Source: a virus (lineage: Duplodnaviria > Caudoviricetes). From it: a DNA stretch of 60,358 nucleotides. How positions within the stretch are numbered: the first letter of the stretch is position 1; every line of letters starts with the position of its first letter. The stretch covers positions 1 to 60,358 of the IMG/VR virus record IMGVR_UViG_3300042884_000410; one strand, 5' to 3'. This document shows positions 35,786 through 46,538 of the stretch, one piece after another. The translations under genes and the position numbers were made by a program. The notes under the pieces are model-generated. The model saw nothing but the letters and a program-made list of their open reading frames with translations. It did not search any database and was not told the origin of the DNA.

Positions 35786-38011
35786 TTACTCGAAAACGAA
35801 CCATGTGTTCGCGGCCACTTTGAGCAGCGTGAGCTTGAAGTTATTGGCAGGTGGCGACAGCGTCTGCGGCCCGGCCCCACCTGCGTCGCCATTGGAGCCA
35901 CCTGTGAGTGAACTGTTCCACCGCATCGTTTGGCCCACTGGACACTGGATCGTGGTAGTGGCTGACAAGCTGCAATCGAACACCTTGATCTGAGTGCCAA
36001 CAGGGCAAACGCTATCGGCTGGCAGAGTGAACACTACAGCAGTGGAATTGGTGGAGTTGTTGGCTATGTCCCTGCCAACATCGCTGGCACCTATGGTGCG
36101 GCTGGCTTGATAGAAGTTGGTAGAGTTATTGACGGGAGTGGGAGTTGATGGGGTGAACGCATCCCCCACCCTGTCGTTTGACCACACGCCATTTTCGGTG
36201 GCTGAGTAGTACCGTATGGAGTAAACGAAATTCGTAACCCCAGACCCTTCTGCTGGGCCTAGCACCGCATGTTTCTCGTTTGGGCCGAGAGTCATCGAAA
36301 CCCAATCGGAGTACAGAGCCACGCCACCAGTAAATATTCCGGTCGCGGTGTTGAACTTGCCGAGAGTCGTTACGGCAAATGTCCCGCCATACTGCACATC
36401 TAACTTAGTCCTGAACCTATGATGGACTCCAAGGAGGGTTGCGCTTGCTGTGGGCGGGGTATTGAGGACTAGTATCGGCCTGTTGGAGCCAAGAGCACCA
36501 TTGCCCGTGGTGCTGTTGATGTCCCATGCGTTCTCCAGCACGGGGGCTTGGATGCCCGGGTTATTTGTGATCAACGGCTGGTTGACCCAGTTCGTTCCGT
36601 TGTATTGGATTACCTGTCCGAATGTGGGGGTGGTTACAGCAACGTCCGTAAGGTCATCCAGCTTGAGGCTGGCTGAGGCCACAGAGAGTGTGCCATCCAC
36701 AGCCAGCGTCAGCCCGGTGCCAGCCTTGACGGCACCAGCTTGACCAATGGCAGCTAATGGCAGCGGCCCCAGTGCCGAGTAAGTGGGCAGCTTGTGTTGA
36801 TGATCGGCACGGGCGTAAGTGGTCGCGCTACCAGCGGCGGCAACAGAGGACAGGTCGAGCGGGGCGGTGCTGGCGGCGGCTGGCACTCCATTGATGGCCG
36901 ACGCCGGAATGGACTTGGCAGCAAAGTTATGGGCGGTGCCAGTGGAGGTGATGTTGCCAACTACCTCTAGGGTAGACCGCAGCTTGGTTGCTCCACCGAC
37001 CTCTAGCAGGACTGTTGGGGTTGACCACCCAATGCCCACGTTGGACTTGAAGTACGAATCGGCATCACCCTGAAACTGGACAGCGTATGACCCGTCAGCC
37101 TTCGGAACATCAACGTACAGACCAATGTTGCGGGTGCCGCCGCTGACAGTGGAACGAAGGCCAAAATTCTGCGTTGCAGTGGCGGTGACAGTGGCAGCAA
37201 CGCCAATTCCCGTACTAGCAGTGCCAGTGACCTGACCAAGAACGCCCGCGACGGAGCCGCTGGTGAGGCTTGTGCCGGTGCATTTCGCTTGGATGCCATA
37301 GCCGGTTTCGCCGCTACCGACGTTGGATGTCTCAAACTGACCAGCGGTTCCGAGCCGCGCCCGCTGAACAAGAATCCCGTCCTTGCTGGTGATAAACCCA
37401 GAGTTGTTAACAGAGAAATTGCCGTTGGCGGAAACAACGCTACCAGCGCTATCGACCGTGAAGTTCGTAGCCGTGCAGGCGAAAGTGCTGGTATTGAGAG
37501 TGATCCGCCCCTTAGCGGTCGTGTCGCCCGCAGCCGGTGTAACGTCACAAGCGACGATGATGCTCGCCGGATTTGCGACCGTGCCGTTAGGCAGCAAGCC
37601 GTAATACGCAATCGTCCCAAGATTGTCGTTTGCTTGAACGCTGGACGGTGCCGCAACCGTACCGCGAGTACGAAAGAATCTCACTTGCGGAGTGCCCGTT
37701 CCGTTCGCATCGCCGCGTCCTTGAATGGCTACCGCTGGCTGAAAGCCCTGCCCCGATATTTGGATATGACCGGCGGGCGAAGTCAGTGCAGCCGATGGCG
37801 TGACGGCCAGCGGCCCCGTCATCGTATCGCCAGCCAAGTTGACATAGATCGCATCTAGGTCTGGCTGAGAGACAAGGAGCTTTCCGTCTGTGCCGATTTT
37901 TGCGAGGTTCTTGGCATCGGCACTGACTACGGTCGGGCCTTCTGCCCCATCGGCTCCCTGAAGGGGTAGCCACTTGGTGCCGTCGAAGATGTGTGGTTTT
38001 GGATCAGCCAT
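35786..38011 (-). CDS. Tail fibre protein
   Basis: YVNLAGDTMTGPL, YARADHQH, LDDLTDV..GQVIQYNGTNWVN, FTLP C-terminal module. Confidence 0.85.
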   Translation of the reverse strand: MADPKPHIFDGTKWLPLQGADGAEGPTVVSADAKNLAKIGTDGKLLVSQPDLDAIYVNLAGDTMTGPLAVTPSAALTSPAGHIQISGQGFQPAVAIQGRGDANGTGTPQVRFFRTRGTVAAPSSVQANDNLGTIAYYGLLPNGTVANPASIIVACDVTPAAGDTTAKGRITLNTSTFACTATNFTVDSAGSVVSANGNFSVNNSGFITSKDGILVQRARLGTAGQFETSNVGSGETGYGIQAKCTGTSLTSGSVAGVLGQVTGTASTGIGVAATVTATATQNFGLRSTVSGGTRNIGLYVDVPKADGSYAVQFQGDADSYFKSNVGIGWSTPTVLLEVGGATKLRSTLEVVGNITSTGTAHNFAAKSIPASAINGVPAAASTAPLDLSSVAAAGSATTYARADHQHKLPTYSALGPLPLAAIGQAGAVKAGTGLTLAVDGTLSVASASLKLDDLTDVAVTTPTFGQVIQYNGTNWVNQPLITNNPGIQAPVLENAWDINSTTGNGALGSNRPILVLNTPPTASATLLGVHHRFRTKLDVQYGGTFAVTTLGKFNTATGIFTGGVALYSDWVSMTLGPNEKHAVLGPAEGSGVTNFVYSIRYYSATENGVWSNDRVGDAFTPSTPTPVNNSTNFYQASRTIGASDVGRDIANNSTNSTAVVFTLPADSVCPVGTQIKVFDCSLSATTTIQCPVGQTMRWNSSLTGGSNGDAGGAGPQTLSPPANNFKLTLLKVAANTWFVFE

Positions 38012-38523
38012 TAGACAGCCTCGCCGCAGTATGGAATGAGCTTGATTGTGTCGGGATGGATCGTGCCGGTGTGATGGAACTTCATGTGGTCGCGGTCGGT
38101 TGGGAAAACCCAGAGGTTGGCGGGTCGGTTGTCTGACCGGCATCCATTGACATGGTGGACTACTTCAACGCTGGTGAGCGGCCGGGCAAGGACGGCTTCG
38201 GCAATCATTCTGTGCTGCTTCTGCGATGCGATTATTCGATACCCTTCCGAGTCGAGGCCCGTTGCGAATTTGGACACCGAGACTCGCTGTCGGCGGCGAA
38301 TTGCTTTGGCAGCCTCACTCCTCCCGCGAACTCCACTGCCGTCTTGCCTGAGCCACCTCTGAACCGTCTGCCCCGAAACACCGATCTCTCGACCAATCTC
38401 GACACACGAACGCCCCTCGTCCCAGTGCTGCCGCCGAAGGTCTGCGGCAGAAAGGCTACGCGCAGGCCACCTGTGCTTATTGAGCGTCGAGGAGTTAGGT
38501 CGTGTCTGGTTTGGCCCTGCCAT
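38011..38523 (-). CDS. HNH homing endonuclease with HTH
   Basis: EIGREIGVSGQTVQRWL; HR..AE..L.RPL...EVVHHVNG.RSDNRPANL. Confidence 0.85.
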   Translation of the reverse strand: MAGPNQTRPNSSTLNKHRWPARSLSAADLRRQHWDEGRSCVEIGREIGVSGQTVQRWLRQDGSGVRGRSEAAKAIRRRQRVSVSKFATGLDSEGYRIIASQKQHRMIAEAVLARPLTSVEVVHHVNGCRSDNRPANLWVFPTDRDHMKFHHTGTIHPDTIKLIPYCGEAV

Positions 38524-38591
38524 TTCATATACCTCTCGGGGGTGGTGGCATCATTCCACCAGTATACCCCCGTGCAGTTTGCTAACCCCAG

Positions 38592-39209
38592 TTACGTCGT
38601 GGAGAACCAGATCGCGCCCTTCGCGGCACCGACCGGCTCGTTCGGCTGCGGCCCGTATACCTCCTGACTGAGGCCGTCCGCGCCATCGGCACCGTCCGCA
38701 CCAGCCTCACCCTTCTCGCCGGGATCGCCCTTCGCACCATCGGCACCGGCGACACCGTCATCACCGTCCGCACCAGCGGGGCCTTGCGGGCCAACCGGGC
38801 CACGCACGGGGCCGACGTTGATCCACGCCGCCGAATCCCACACGATCCCGTCGCCGGGCTGGGCAGGGCCGCTCGCGCTGGCGGGAGTGCCAACCGGAAC
38901 CGGATCACCAGCAAGCCACATATCACCAACATCGGGAGCAGCATCAGGCGGGTAGGTAGTGGCAGTGCCCTTGATGGTCACGCCGCTGCCCGAGTCGCCC
39001 TTGTCACCCTTCTCACCGGCAGGGCCTTGCTCGCCCGGATCGCCCTTCGGGCCAGCCTCACCAGCGGCACCGTCCGCACCGGCAGGGCCAGCGGGGCCGA
39101 CCTCGCCCTGCGCGCCGTCAGCACCGGGCTGACCATCCGCACCAGCCGTACCAGCGGGGCCACGCAGAGAAATCCACTCAACGCCATTAAAGCAAAGGAC
39201 ATCAGCCAT
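38592..39209 (-). CDS. Collagen-repeat fibre protein
   Basis: Two long G-X-Y tracts. Confidence 0.85.
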   Translation of the reverse strand: MADVLCFNGVEWISLRGPAGTAGADGQPGADGAQGEVGPAGPAGADGAAGEAGPKGDPGEQGPAGEKGDKGDSGSGVTIKGTATTYPPDAAPDVGDMWLAGDPVPVGTPASASGPAQPGDGIVWDSAAWINVGPVRGPVGPQGPAGADGDDGVAGADGAKGDPGEKGEAGADGADGADGLSQEVYGPQPNEPVGAAKGAIWFSTT

Positions 39210-39222
39210 GTTCAGGTTCCTT

Positions 39223-39474
39223 TCAAGTTAAGTCATCAAGAGTTCGGTAGGTCTTCAGTTGGTCGAGAGTTCGGTAGGTCTTCTTCGCGTCTTCGTTAAT
39301 CCAGTGGTCACCCACGCTGGCAGTGGTGGGCATGGTGGTCTGAACGAAGACGTTGATTGATTTGCCATCAGCACCAGCGGGACCGGCTGGACCCTGTGGG
39401 CCAACACTGCCGCCGCCACCCGTTGAGATCGGCTGCCAGCCCGTGCCGTCAAAGTAGTAGAGGTTGTTTGCCAT
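39223..39474 (-). CDS. Mini collagen/fibre linker protein, 83 aa
   Basis: YYFDGTGW, short G-X-Y, VGDHWIN, duplicated KTYRTLD. Confidence 0.8.
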   Translation of the reverse strand: MANNLYYFDGTGWQPISTGGGGSVGPQGPAGPAGADGKSINVFVQTTMPTTASVGDHWINEDAKKTYRTLDQLKTYRTLDDLT

Positions 39475-41189
39475 TACGCAACCTTTGCTTTGAGTTCTGC
39501 AATGTCAGCTTGTGCTTGCGTGAGTGCCGCCCGCAATGCCGTCAACTCGTCCACTAGGGTCAACTCATCAGCCACGAACTTTGGAGCAAAGTTACCGTCA
39601 ACGTAGTCCTTGCGGGTCAGGTGACTGGCTGCCGTAGGGGCCGCAGCGGTGGACTCCACGTTCGCGGAAATAGACACAACGCCAGAGGCATTGGTTACGG
39701 TCGGGCCACCTGAGCCAAACCGAATGGCTGTACCAGTTGCCCGCACCTCAAGCAGCACCACCGCAGCGACACTGGTAGTGGTCACAAGCAGCAAGTTGGA
39801 GTTGTTGTTGCGGAAAGCAACGCCACCGCTGGAGCCAAAGATGTTGTAGGTCGTGGCCCAAGTCATCGTGTTGACTGCGGTCGGGGCCACAATGGTGCCC
39901 GTCATAGTCCCGCCGGTAGTCTTCAGGAATGCCGTGCTTCCTGAGACAGCCCCATCAACGTACTTCTTGTTGGTGAGGTCCTTATCATCGGCGGGAGTGA
40001 ATGGTGTCTGCGGGTTGGCACCGAGGAACTGCACAACAGCCGTGTCTGGAGCAGCAACAAAAGCCTGCTTGCCACCCGGCATATACAGACGGTAATAGGA
40101 ACCGTCGTAGTAGGTGTAGACATCAGTGCCATTGAATCCGGCGGGCCCAGCGTTTGGCGCGTATCGCAGGGGTCCGTTCATGACATCCCCTGCCTTGCTG
40201 ACATAGTTGCCAGCAAGGGAAGCCGTGCAAACTCCATTGGCATCAATTGCCAAGCCAGTGCCGATCTTGATGCCGCCCAGAATTGCAGCACTAGCCTTAG
40301 GCAAAACATAGTCACTACCAGCACTTGCACTGATGGTGCCGTCAGCCGTGACCGTGATTCCACTACCAATCTTCACCCCACCAAGAACAGTGGCAGTGGC
40401 AATAGCGGTAGGTCCAGCGGGTCCGACTTCACCCTGCGGGCCAGCGGGGCCAGTGACAGAATCACCCTTGGGGCCAGCAACCCCGGGCTCGCCCTGAATG
40501 CCTTGGGTGCCTTGGGGACCCGCCACACCCTGTGGGCCTTGCACTGGGCCAGAGTCTTGCCATGCTGCCTTAGTGTCATCCCAAACAAAACCCCTAGCTG
40601 GCTCTGGGGTCGAGACAACATAGAGATCGCCCTGAGTGGCAGAAGCTGGAAGGTCGCCTTGGGCAGCGACCGTGCCCATGTACTTAATGCCAAGACCCGG
40701 CTGACCTTGAATACCTTGAGGACCCTGAATGCCTTCTGGGCCTTGAATGCCCTGCTCGCCCTGAGGGCCAGCTTCACCAGCCACGCCGGGATCACCCTTC
40801 GGACCAGCAACTCCCGCCTCACCCTGCGGCCCAGCGGGACCAGCTACACCGGCTTCACCCTTCACACCGGGCAAGCCCTGCGGAATCTTGAACGACAGGG
40901 ATGCCTTGTTCTCGTTGCCGATATTGATCACTTCGGCTGGCAGCCCACCTTCAATCGTGATCGTTTCGGCTACTTCGATTGTGGCAGCAAGGCCCGGTTC
41001 GCCTTGAGGGCCGGGTTCACCCTCACCCGGAGAGCCGGGAGGTGCAGTGCCGTTGGGCTGAATCCACAAGTCACCGACAGCCGCCGGGGTGGTGGGCATG
41101 GTGTCAGACACAATGTGTGCGGAGTCAGAGCCGCCACCTGTGGAGATCGGCAGCCACTCGCTTCCTGACCAGTAATACATTGCAGCCAT
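39474..41189 (-). CDS. Collagen-repeat tail fibre protein
   Basis: G-X-Y tracts, LGGVKIG repeats, TNKKYVD / TRKDYVD, C-terminal coiled coil. Confidence 0.85.
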   Translation of the reverse strand: MAAMYYWSGSEWLPISTGGGSDSAHIVSDTMPTTPAAVGDLWIQPNGTAPPGSPGEGEPGPQGEPGLAATIEVAETITIEGGLPAEVINIGNENKASLSFKIPQGLPGVKGEAGVAGPAGPQGEAGVAGPKGDPGVAGEAGPQGEQGIQGPEGIQGPQGIQGQPGLGIKYMGTVAAQGDLPASATQGDLYVVSTPEPARGFVWDDTKAAWQDSGPVQGPQGVAGPQGTQGIQGEPGVAGPKGDSVTGPAGPQGEVGPAGPTAIATATVLGGVKIGSGITVTADGTISASAGSDYVLPKASAAILGGIKIGTGLAIDANGVCTASLAGNYVSKAGDVMNGPLRYAPNAGPAGFNGTDVYTYYDGSYYRLYMPGGKQAFVAAPDTAVVQFLGANPQTPFTPADDKDLTNKKYVDGAVSGSTAFLKTTGGTMTGTIVAPTAVNTMTWATTYNIFGSSGGVAFRNNNSNLLLVTTTSVAAVVLLEVRATGTAIRFGSGGPTVTNASGVVSISANVESTAAAPTAASHLTRKDYVDGNFAPKFVADELTLVDELTALRAALTQAQADIAELKAKVA

Positions 41190-41365
41190 TACTTGTACTT
41201 CTCCTCATCTTCACGGAGTTGTCGAATGTGTTCGTCAAGCCACTTCTGAAGGGCACGATGCTCTGCGTCCATCCACCAGCCAATGGCTAGGCCGACTAGG
41301 TATCCAGAGATGAATAGCCCGCCTAGGACAATGACTGCCCAGACGATAACTGTGTCGATCTGCAT
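41189..41365 (-). CDS. Small single-TM membrane protein, 58 aa (not in ORF track)
   Basis: [31 protein letters not shown]; coupled TGATG/TAATG junctions. Confidence 0.7.
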   Translation of the reverse strand: MQIDTVIVWAVIVLGGLFISGYLVGLAIGWWMDAEHRALQKWLDEHIRQLREDEEKYK

Positions 41366-42894
41366 CAGTAGGCTGCCTTCCAGCGAATGCCTGAGAAGTT
41401 AGCCTCACTTGACTTCGCACCGGGACTGCATGAAATGTCGCGGTTTTTGTTGCTAACGGTGCAGTAGCCGTAGGTAACGGCAGTCCCAACGAGCCGCATG
41501 GCAAGCGGGTAGCTGGCTTCAAGTTCCGCCATCGGGAACTGTGGCGGCAGTCGCAGAGGCACCCACGCGCCGCTGCCAGCACCGAACGACAGGGTGCCCT
41601 TGAGTTCGATGAACCCACCGATCATCCTCGCCTGAATCTCGGTAGAGACAGACTCCTTCGCCCCATCCATGCGAACCATCCATGTCCAGTCAATGTCTGC
41701 CGGTGGCATTTTCGTGCCACCCACCAGCATCAACTTCACAGCGTCGAGGATGGAGGTCTTGAAGCCAGCCAGTGCGGGGTCGTTGATCGAATTGGCACCA
41801 ACAGGACTGATCGCCGCCAGCTTGTCATCGACTTGCTTGCGGGAGTACAGCATCAGGGCCATCTGGTTATCGAAGTCAACCTTGCTGAATGCTTGGTCAA
41901 TCCGCATGAAGCGGTCATCAACCTGTTTCTGGGTGTAGACGTCGGCCTGATAGGCGAACCGATCAATATCCACAAGCGTCAGAAACTTGGCATCGCACTC
42001 AGCCTTCGTGTAGGCATCAATCGTCGGAGCGGCCTTGCTCTCAAGGGCATCCATGCGGGACTTGAGGGGATCGAAGTCAGACTTCATCACCACATATTCG
42101 ATGCTCGACCCAGTAGCCAGCACCAGCCGCTCGCCGTAGCCCTCTCCCGTGTCGGTGTAGGTCAGGGCGGCGGGCGGCTCGTTCTTGTCACCGAATCCGT
42201 AGCCCTGTGCCGTAACAACTTTGGCTAGAAGGTTCTGCGTGTTGTCACTGATCTTGGCATAGGCAGTCAGGTCAACCGGGCCAACCTGAGAAATGATTTC
42301 AGTGATCTGCTCGGGGGTAAGCTGCCCGCTCACAGCACCAGCAATGGCTTCGTCCACTTCGGGCTTGGTGTAGGTGCCATCCTTCACCTCCATGATGCTG
42401 TTCATCAGGGTGGTGCTAAGACCTGACACGGCGGTCTTGTCGGCCTTCAGGTCGAGGGCTGCATCAACGTCAGGCTTCTGGGCCACAGTTGCGAAGCCCT
42501 GATTCAGGAGCCGGAAATACTCCCTGAACTCAGACTCCAAGGTGCCGTACTGGCCCTGAAACTGCGAGAACTCAGACTGGTCAGCCTTGCCAGCGAGCTT
42601 TGCATCAATCTGAGTGCTTAGTTCGCCAGCAACAAATGGAACTAAGTCGGCAACACCCTGCACTCCAAGATTGGCATCAGTCACGCCTTGCTGAAGGGCC
42701 GCAACCTTTGCGTCTACTTCTTGCTTCGTGTACCGCTCTTGAAAAGCCATCGTGGACATGGCCTTGATCTCGCCTGTTTGACCATCGACATATTCGGTGG
42801 TCGCATAGGCAGACAGGTCAGCATCAGTGCCGCCGCCTAGAGGAATGGCAACCCACTCCTGCTTGTCCTTGTCGAAGTAATTCAGGCTTGGCAT
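41365..42894 (-). CDS. Fibre protein with YTKxEVD repeats
   Basis: YATTEYVD, YTKQEVD, YTKPEVD, YTKAECD; beta-sandwich-like C-terminus. Confidence 0.8.
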   Translation of the reverse strand: MPSLNYFDKDKQEWVAIPLGGGTDADLSAYATTEYVDGQTGEIKAMSTMAFQERYTKQEVDAKVAALQQGVTDANLGVQGVADLVPFVAGELSTQIDAKLAGKADQSEFSQFQGQYGTLESEFREYFRLLNQGFATVAQKPDVDAALDLKADKTAVSGLSTTLMNSIMEVKDGTYTKPEVDEAIAGAVSGQLTPEQITEIISQVGPVDLTAYAKISDNTQNLLAKVVTAQGYGFGDKNEPPAALTYTDTGEGYGERLVLATGSSIEYVVMKSDFDPLKSRMDALESKAAPTIDAYTKAECDAKFLTLVDIDRFAYQADVYTQKQVDDRFMRIDQAFSKVDFDNQMALMLYSRKQVDDKLAAISPVGANSINDPALAGFKTSILDAVKLMLVGGTKMPPADIDWTWMVRMDGAKESVSTEIQARMIGGFIELKGTLSFGAGSGAWVPLRLPPQFPMAELEASYPLAMRLVGTAVTYGYCTVSNKNRDISCSPGAKSSEANFSGIRWKAAY

Positions 42895-42896
42895 GG

Positions 42897-43622
42897 CTAT
42901 CCCTTTGGATTGATCCAGATACTAGAGGTGGTCGTTGGAGCTAGGTCAGACACCACGAACGGCGGCTCGACAGTGGGAGCAATGCCGCCACCAGCCGGGT
43001 TCAGCCAGAGCGTGGAGAGGTTGCCCGGTGCGGTGGTGCCAACGTAGATGTTGCCGCTGTTGGCAAGCACCCACTCTTCGGTGGCTATGCTCTCCTCGAC
43101 AATGCCCTTGAGTGGAGTGCCGTCCACCCGGAGTGAGAGCTTGGCAGTGCCGTCTGGATTGGCAGTGATAAAGAGAGTGTTGGGGCCGTCCAAGTCGATG
43201 GCCTTAGGGGCAATGACCTTGCCGCGAATCGCAGCCAGAACGTCGATGTTCGCAGCTTCGATGTCGGCTGTGGGGTCAATCCACAGGTCACCGATCTCTT
43301 GCCCGGGTGGCGGCTCGACCTCGGAGACAATGTGTAGGGCATCGTGGCCGGGAGGGCCTTCTGGACCGGCTGGACCCTGTGGCCCGGGAGTGCCAGCGGT
43401 GCCGTCACCACTCGATATCCAAGGAAGCTGGGACCACTTAACCCACCCGTCGCCTACCTTGAGGTTCGGGCCATCGGTGGCACCAATAACGTAACCCATC
43501 TCGCCAGAGGCAAGGATCGGGTCATTCTTGAGCCAGTTCTCAGCCGTGTCCTGGCGGAACCTGATCCTCTGGTAGCCCCTCTCATCAGAGGCACAGTTGG
43601 GATGGGTGCTAGGCGTGGACAT
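42897..43622 (-). CDS. Fibre anchor protein (Mtd-type N-terminus, short collagen)
   Basis: RQDTAENW...PILASGEMGY....LKVGDG..KWSQLP. Confidence 0.8.
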   Translation of the reverse strand: MSTPSTHPNCASDERGYQRIRFRQDTAENWLKNDPILASGEMGYVIGATDGPNLKVGDGWVKWSQLPWISSGDGTAGTPGPQGPAGPEGPPGHDALHIVSEVEPPPGQEIGDLWIDPTADIEAANIDVLAAIRGKVIAPKAIDLDGPNTLFITANPDGTAKLSLRVDGTPLKGIVEESIATEEWVLANSGNIYVGTTAPGNLSTLWLNPAGGGIAPTVEPPFVVSDLAPTTTSSIWINPKG

Positions 43623-43637
43623 AGAATGCTCCTGCAC

Positions 43638-43671
43638 TATTTATGTCCCGGCCAGACAAAACTGAACCGCT
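43638..43671 (-). promoter_or_regulatory. Putative late promoter, class A copy 2
   Basis: AGCGG-N16-CGGGACATAAATA. Confidence 0.75.
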
Positions 43672-44206
43672 ACTTGCCACGTTTCCAGGCAGGCGCGTGT
43701 TTGTCCTTGACCTGTCGAACAGCTTCCTGGCGGGTCAGCTTGGGGTTACTCGCCATAGCCTGCTTGGCCAGCTTGTCCACGATCTTGGCATTTAGGGCTG
43801 GCTTGACGGGCTCGACCTCATGCCCCTCCACATTCACGATCCCGCTGACGTTGAGGTTACGCGACTTGGCCACCCGCTTGATGTCGCTTACAGAATCCAC
43901 CCAAGCACCAGGGTCCATGTGCCCGCGTTTGTCAGCCAGCCCGCCCAGGTAATACTTGCCGCTGATGTTGATGCCCGATGCCTTAGCTTCCCTGGCCATC
44001 TTCTTGGCCATCCTGGGCGGGATGCCGTCCATCCAGTTGCCGTCGAGCCTGCCCTGCATGAAGGCCCGGTCGGTGCCTTGGGTGCCTGGGGGTTGCTGGA
44101 GGGCGCACATCTCAGCGAACCGGGGAGACTGCCCAGCGTTGACCATGCGGATGTAATGCTCTCGGACCTCCAGGCTGGCCCGCTGAATGTCAAAGGGAAG
44201 GTTCAT
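43670..44206 (-). CDS. Hypothetical protein downstream of portal
   Basis: Coupled ORF, 178 aa. Confidence 0.8.
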   Translation of the reverse strand: MNLPFDIQRASLEVREHYIRMVNAGQSPRFAEMCALQQPPGTQGTDRAFMQGRLDGNWMDGIPPRMAKKMAREAKASGINISGKYYLGGLADKRGHMDPGAWVDSVSDIKRVAKSRNLNVSGIVNVEGHEVEPVKPALNAKIVDKLAKQAMASNPKLTRQEAVRQVKDKHAPAWKRGK

Positions 44207-44433
44207 CACATCTCCGGTCTGGGGCCTTGGCCTGACAAAAACTTCTCCAACGCAACCAATGTGGGTTCGGAGATCAACTCTTGATTGTTGAGGAGAGCGT
44301 CCTGAAGGCCACCAGAGATTCCCCCTGGCACAGCCATCGGGTCAGGAGTTCCGCCCTGCCTGACCTTCTCCCGCTCGTTATCCAGAAGAATTTTGAGGGC
44401 AATCACTCTGGGATACCCAGATATGCGACTCAC
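44206..44433 (-). CDS. Hypothetical protein, 75 aa
   Basis: GTGA/TGATG coupling. Confidence 0.6.
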   Translation of the reverse strand: MSRISGYPRVIALKILLDNEREKVRQGGTPDPMAVPGGISGGLQDALLNNQELISEPTLVALEKFLSGQGPRPEM

Positions 44434-46538
44434 GGCTGCATCTCCGGGGGAACCTGATTCGGCTCAGGTGGTGGTGGCGGAACCTCCCCGCCACCTTCCG
44501 GGGCCGGGGAGGCGGCATCGGCTGGTCCGGCTGGTGGCTGGGGAGGCTGCGGCGGCGGCTCGGGGATCATGTAAGGCGTGTAATCAACGTCGATGGCCTC
44601 GCAGTAATCCCTCAGAAGGGCATTCATCGGCCCCGGCATCCCCTGCATCACAAGTGGCTGGAGGACCGGGCCCAGCGTCTGGAGAGCGATCTGGAGAGCT
44701 TCGATGCGACCAGCCTTGTTCGGCTTCCTCGCGCTGCCAGCTTCGATCCGGTAGTCATAGTTCATGGCAAGCTGGCCCAGGCTCACTTGCTCTTGGAGAC
44801 TCTTCCAGACAGACGCACCGATGGGGCCAAGCACAGGAGCGATGTCCTCTTCTTGGAGCAACCAACGGGCAGCCAGAGCTTCACGGCGGGCCAGCATGGA
44901 CATAGCGTCCTCCAGCACGTTCGCCATATCGTCTGGCCTGACCGAAATCTGTTCCGACTTCACCTGCGCTTCTGCGGCACTTCTATAGGAATTTCTCGTC
45001 ATACCGTAAGTGAGTTCTGTGAGTCCGACTCTTTTGTCGAACATCTCCGAAACGGCTTGAACGATTTGCCATAACTCAGGCGTGACCTGAGGAAGCTGTA
45101 GCACAGACACGATGTCATTCACTGACCGTCCAAGAGTCTCGGACAACTCAATGAGCGAGAACCCCGATTGCTCATGTCGGAGCAACTGTTCCTTGATGTC
45201 ATCCCCCGCTGCCTTGCTCACGCCCACCATCGTCTTAGACGAGATCATCACCCGGGTGGCAAGGAAGGAAAGTGCCCAGTTCAGGAACTTGAGTTCCGGC
45301 ATCCCCGGTTTCATGTGACTGATCGGCCACACTGACCCAGGCTTGCGGTGGCACTGGAACGGGGTGAAAGGCCAGCCGTTGTGATCCGCGTAAAACGGGA
45401 TGGGCCAGCGAGTCCGCGTGAACAAACTGTTGGGAAGACCTGTCTCGTCTGGTTCCTCTAGGGCAATGCCCTTGGGGACATTCAAGGGGTAATCGACACC
45501 CTCTGCCACCACCAGATAACAGTTCGGGCCCAGCCCATCGAACATCTGGGCGTATTCTTTCGGGGAGCCCTTGAGATTGTGGCCGAATCCAGTCTTTGAC
45601 CAGATTTTCCAGTAGACGATCAGGTCGTTCGTCTTACCGTTCTTTTTCTTCATCTTGTAGCCACGGTCTTCTTCCATAGACCGGGCCACGAAGCTCTCCA
45701 TGTGCCCCTTCAGTTCCGACCGCTCCAAGCCGTACTTCTCAGCCACCTCGGCAATCGGGTGAACACAGCGACGGGCACACCACAGGATGTCTTCCTGTTC
45801 GTCCGCATCCGGGTCAAGAAGCAAGTTGTCCACGTTGTCGTGGAATGAACCGATGAGCCCAACCGGCGGGCCATCCTCGCCACCCATCTCAATCAGTTCG
45901 GTCCACCACACACCCATCCCCTTGAGGATGCCCTCGTCCACCACCTTGCGGGTGTGTTCCTTCAGGTTCAACTGGCCGGGGGTGTAGTTCAAGTACGCGC
46001 TGATGATCTCAGAGAACGCTTCCCGCTGTTGCTCGACCATGCCAATCTGTTGGCTGGCCTGGATGTACTGCTCAATCTCCGGGGGAAGGATCGGCTGCCC
46101 AGTCATCGGGTCAGTCTGGGGCTGCTGGTTCGCGTCGATCCCAACAGCTTCAGGCGGGACGGCTGGGAACTTCTTTGCCGTCACCGTCCGCACCGGGTTG
46201 CGGGCATAGATGACTGAGCCAATGAGCTTCACAGCCTCAAAAGCACGGTTCACAGTCATCCGAAAGCTGGGGGGAGAAATCTTGGAGTAGGGGGCCGCGC
46301 CCTCTTTCCAGAAGAAGTTCTCTCCACCATCGAAGAAATTCATCGCTTCCTTGGCATCGTCCGAAAAAGCCTTCTTTGCCTTGCGGGCAAGCTCCAGCTT
46401 CTTCAGCCAGCCTGTGGAGATGCTTCTGAGGGCATCCTCCATCTGACGCTGGGGCACAACATCCGGCGGCGGGTCAGCCAGTTGGCTTGGATCACCACCG
46501 GACATGGGAACGTCTGGATCGATGTTAGCTTCGCTCAT
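44430..46538 (-). CDS. Portal protein
   Basis: 702 aa near TerL; ARNP..TV, LLLDPDA, RSAAEAQVK, YRIEAGS..KPN; P/Q-rich tail. Confidence 0.85.
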   Translation of the reverse strand: MSEANIDPDVPMSGGDPSQLADPPPDVVPQRQMEDALRSISTGWLKKLELARKAKKAFSDDAKEAMNFFDGGENFFWKEGAAPYSKISPPSFRMTVNRAFEAVKLIGSVIYARNPVRTVTAKKFPAVPPEAVGIDANQQPQTDPMTGQPILPPEIEQYIQASQQIGMVEQQREAFSEIISAYLNYTPGQLNLKEHTRKVVDEGILKGMGVWWTELIEMGGEDGPPVGLIGSFHDNVDNLLLDPDADEQEDILWCARRCVHPIAEVAEKYGLERSELKGHMESFVARSMEEDRGYKMKKKNGKTNDLIVYWKIWSKTGFGHNLKGSPKEYAQMFDGLGPNCYLVVAEGVDYPLNVPKGIALEEPDETGLPNSLFTRTRWPIPFYADHNGWPFTPFQCHRKPGSVWPISHMKPGMPELKFLNWALSFLATRVMISSKTMVGVSKAAGDDIKEQLLRHEQSGFSLIELSETLGRSVNDIVSVLQLPQVTPELWQIVQAVSEMFDKRVGLTELTYGMTRNSYRSAAEAQVKSEQISVRPDDMANVLEDAMSMLARREALAARWLLQEEDIAPVLGPIGASVWKSLQEQVSLGQLAMNYDYRIEAGSARKPNKAGRIEALQIALQTLGPVLQPLVMQGMPGPMNALLRDYCEAIDVDYTPYMIPEPPPQPPQPPAGPADAASPAPEGGGEVPPPPPEPNQVPPEMQP

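Noticed and set aside
39240-39283. Short duplications (KTYRTLD x2; also EPCEPCEP near 59284 and KREPD x2 near 23600)
   Set aside because: In-frame local duplications within coding sequence; no sign of a separate function.
38011-42899. Stop-codon readthrough or recoding fusing the fibre ORFs
   Set aside because: Junctions are out of frame (TAG-CC-ATG, TAATG) or interrupted by other genes; core genes are intact in the standard code.
33834-43622. Diversity-generating retroelement suggested by Mtd-type N-termini
   Set aside because: No reverse transcriptase and no template/variable repeat pair seen.
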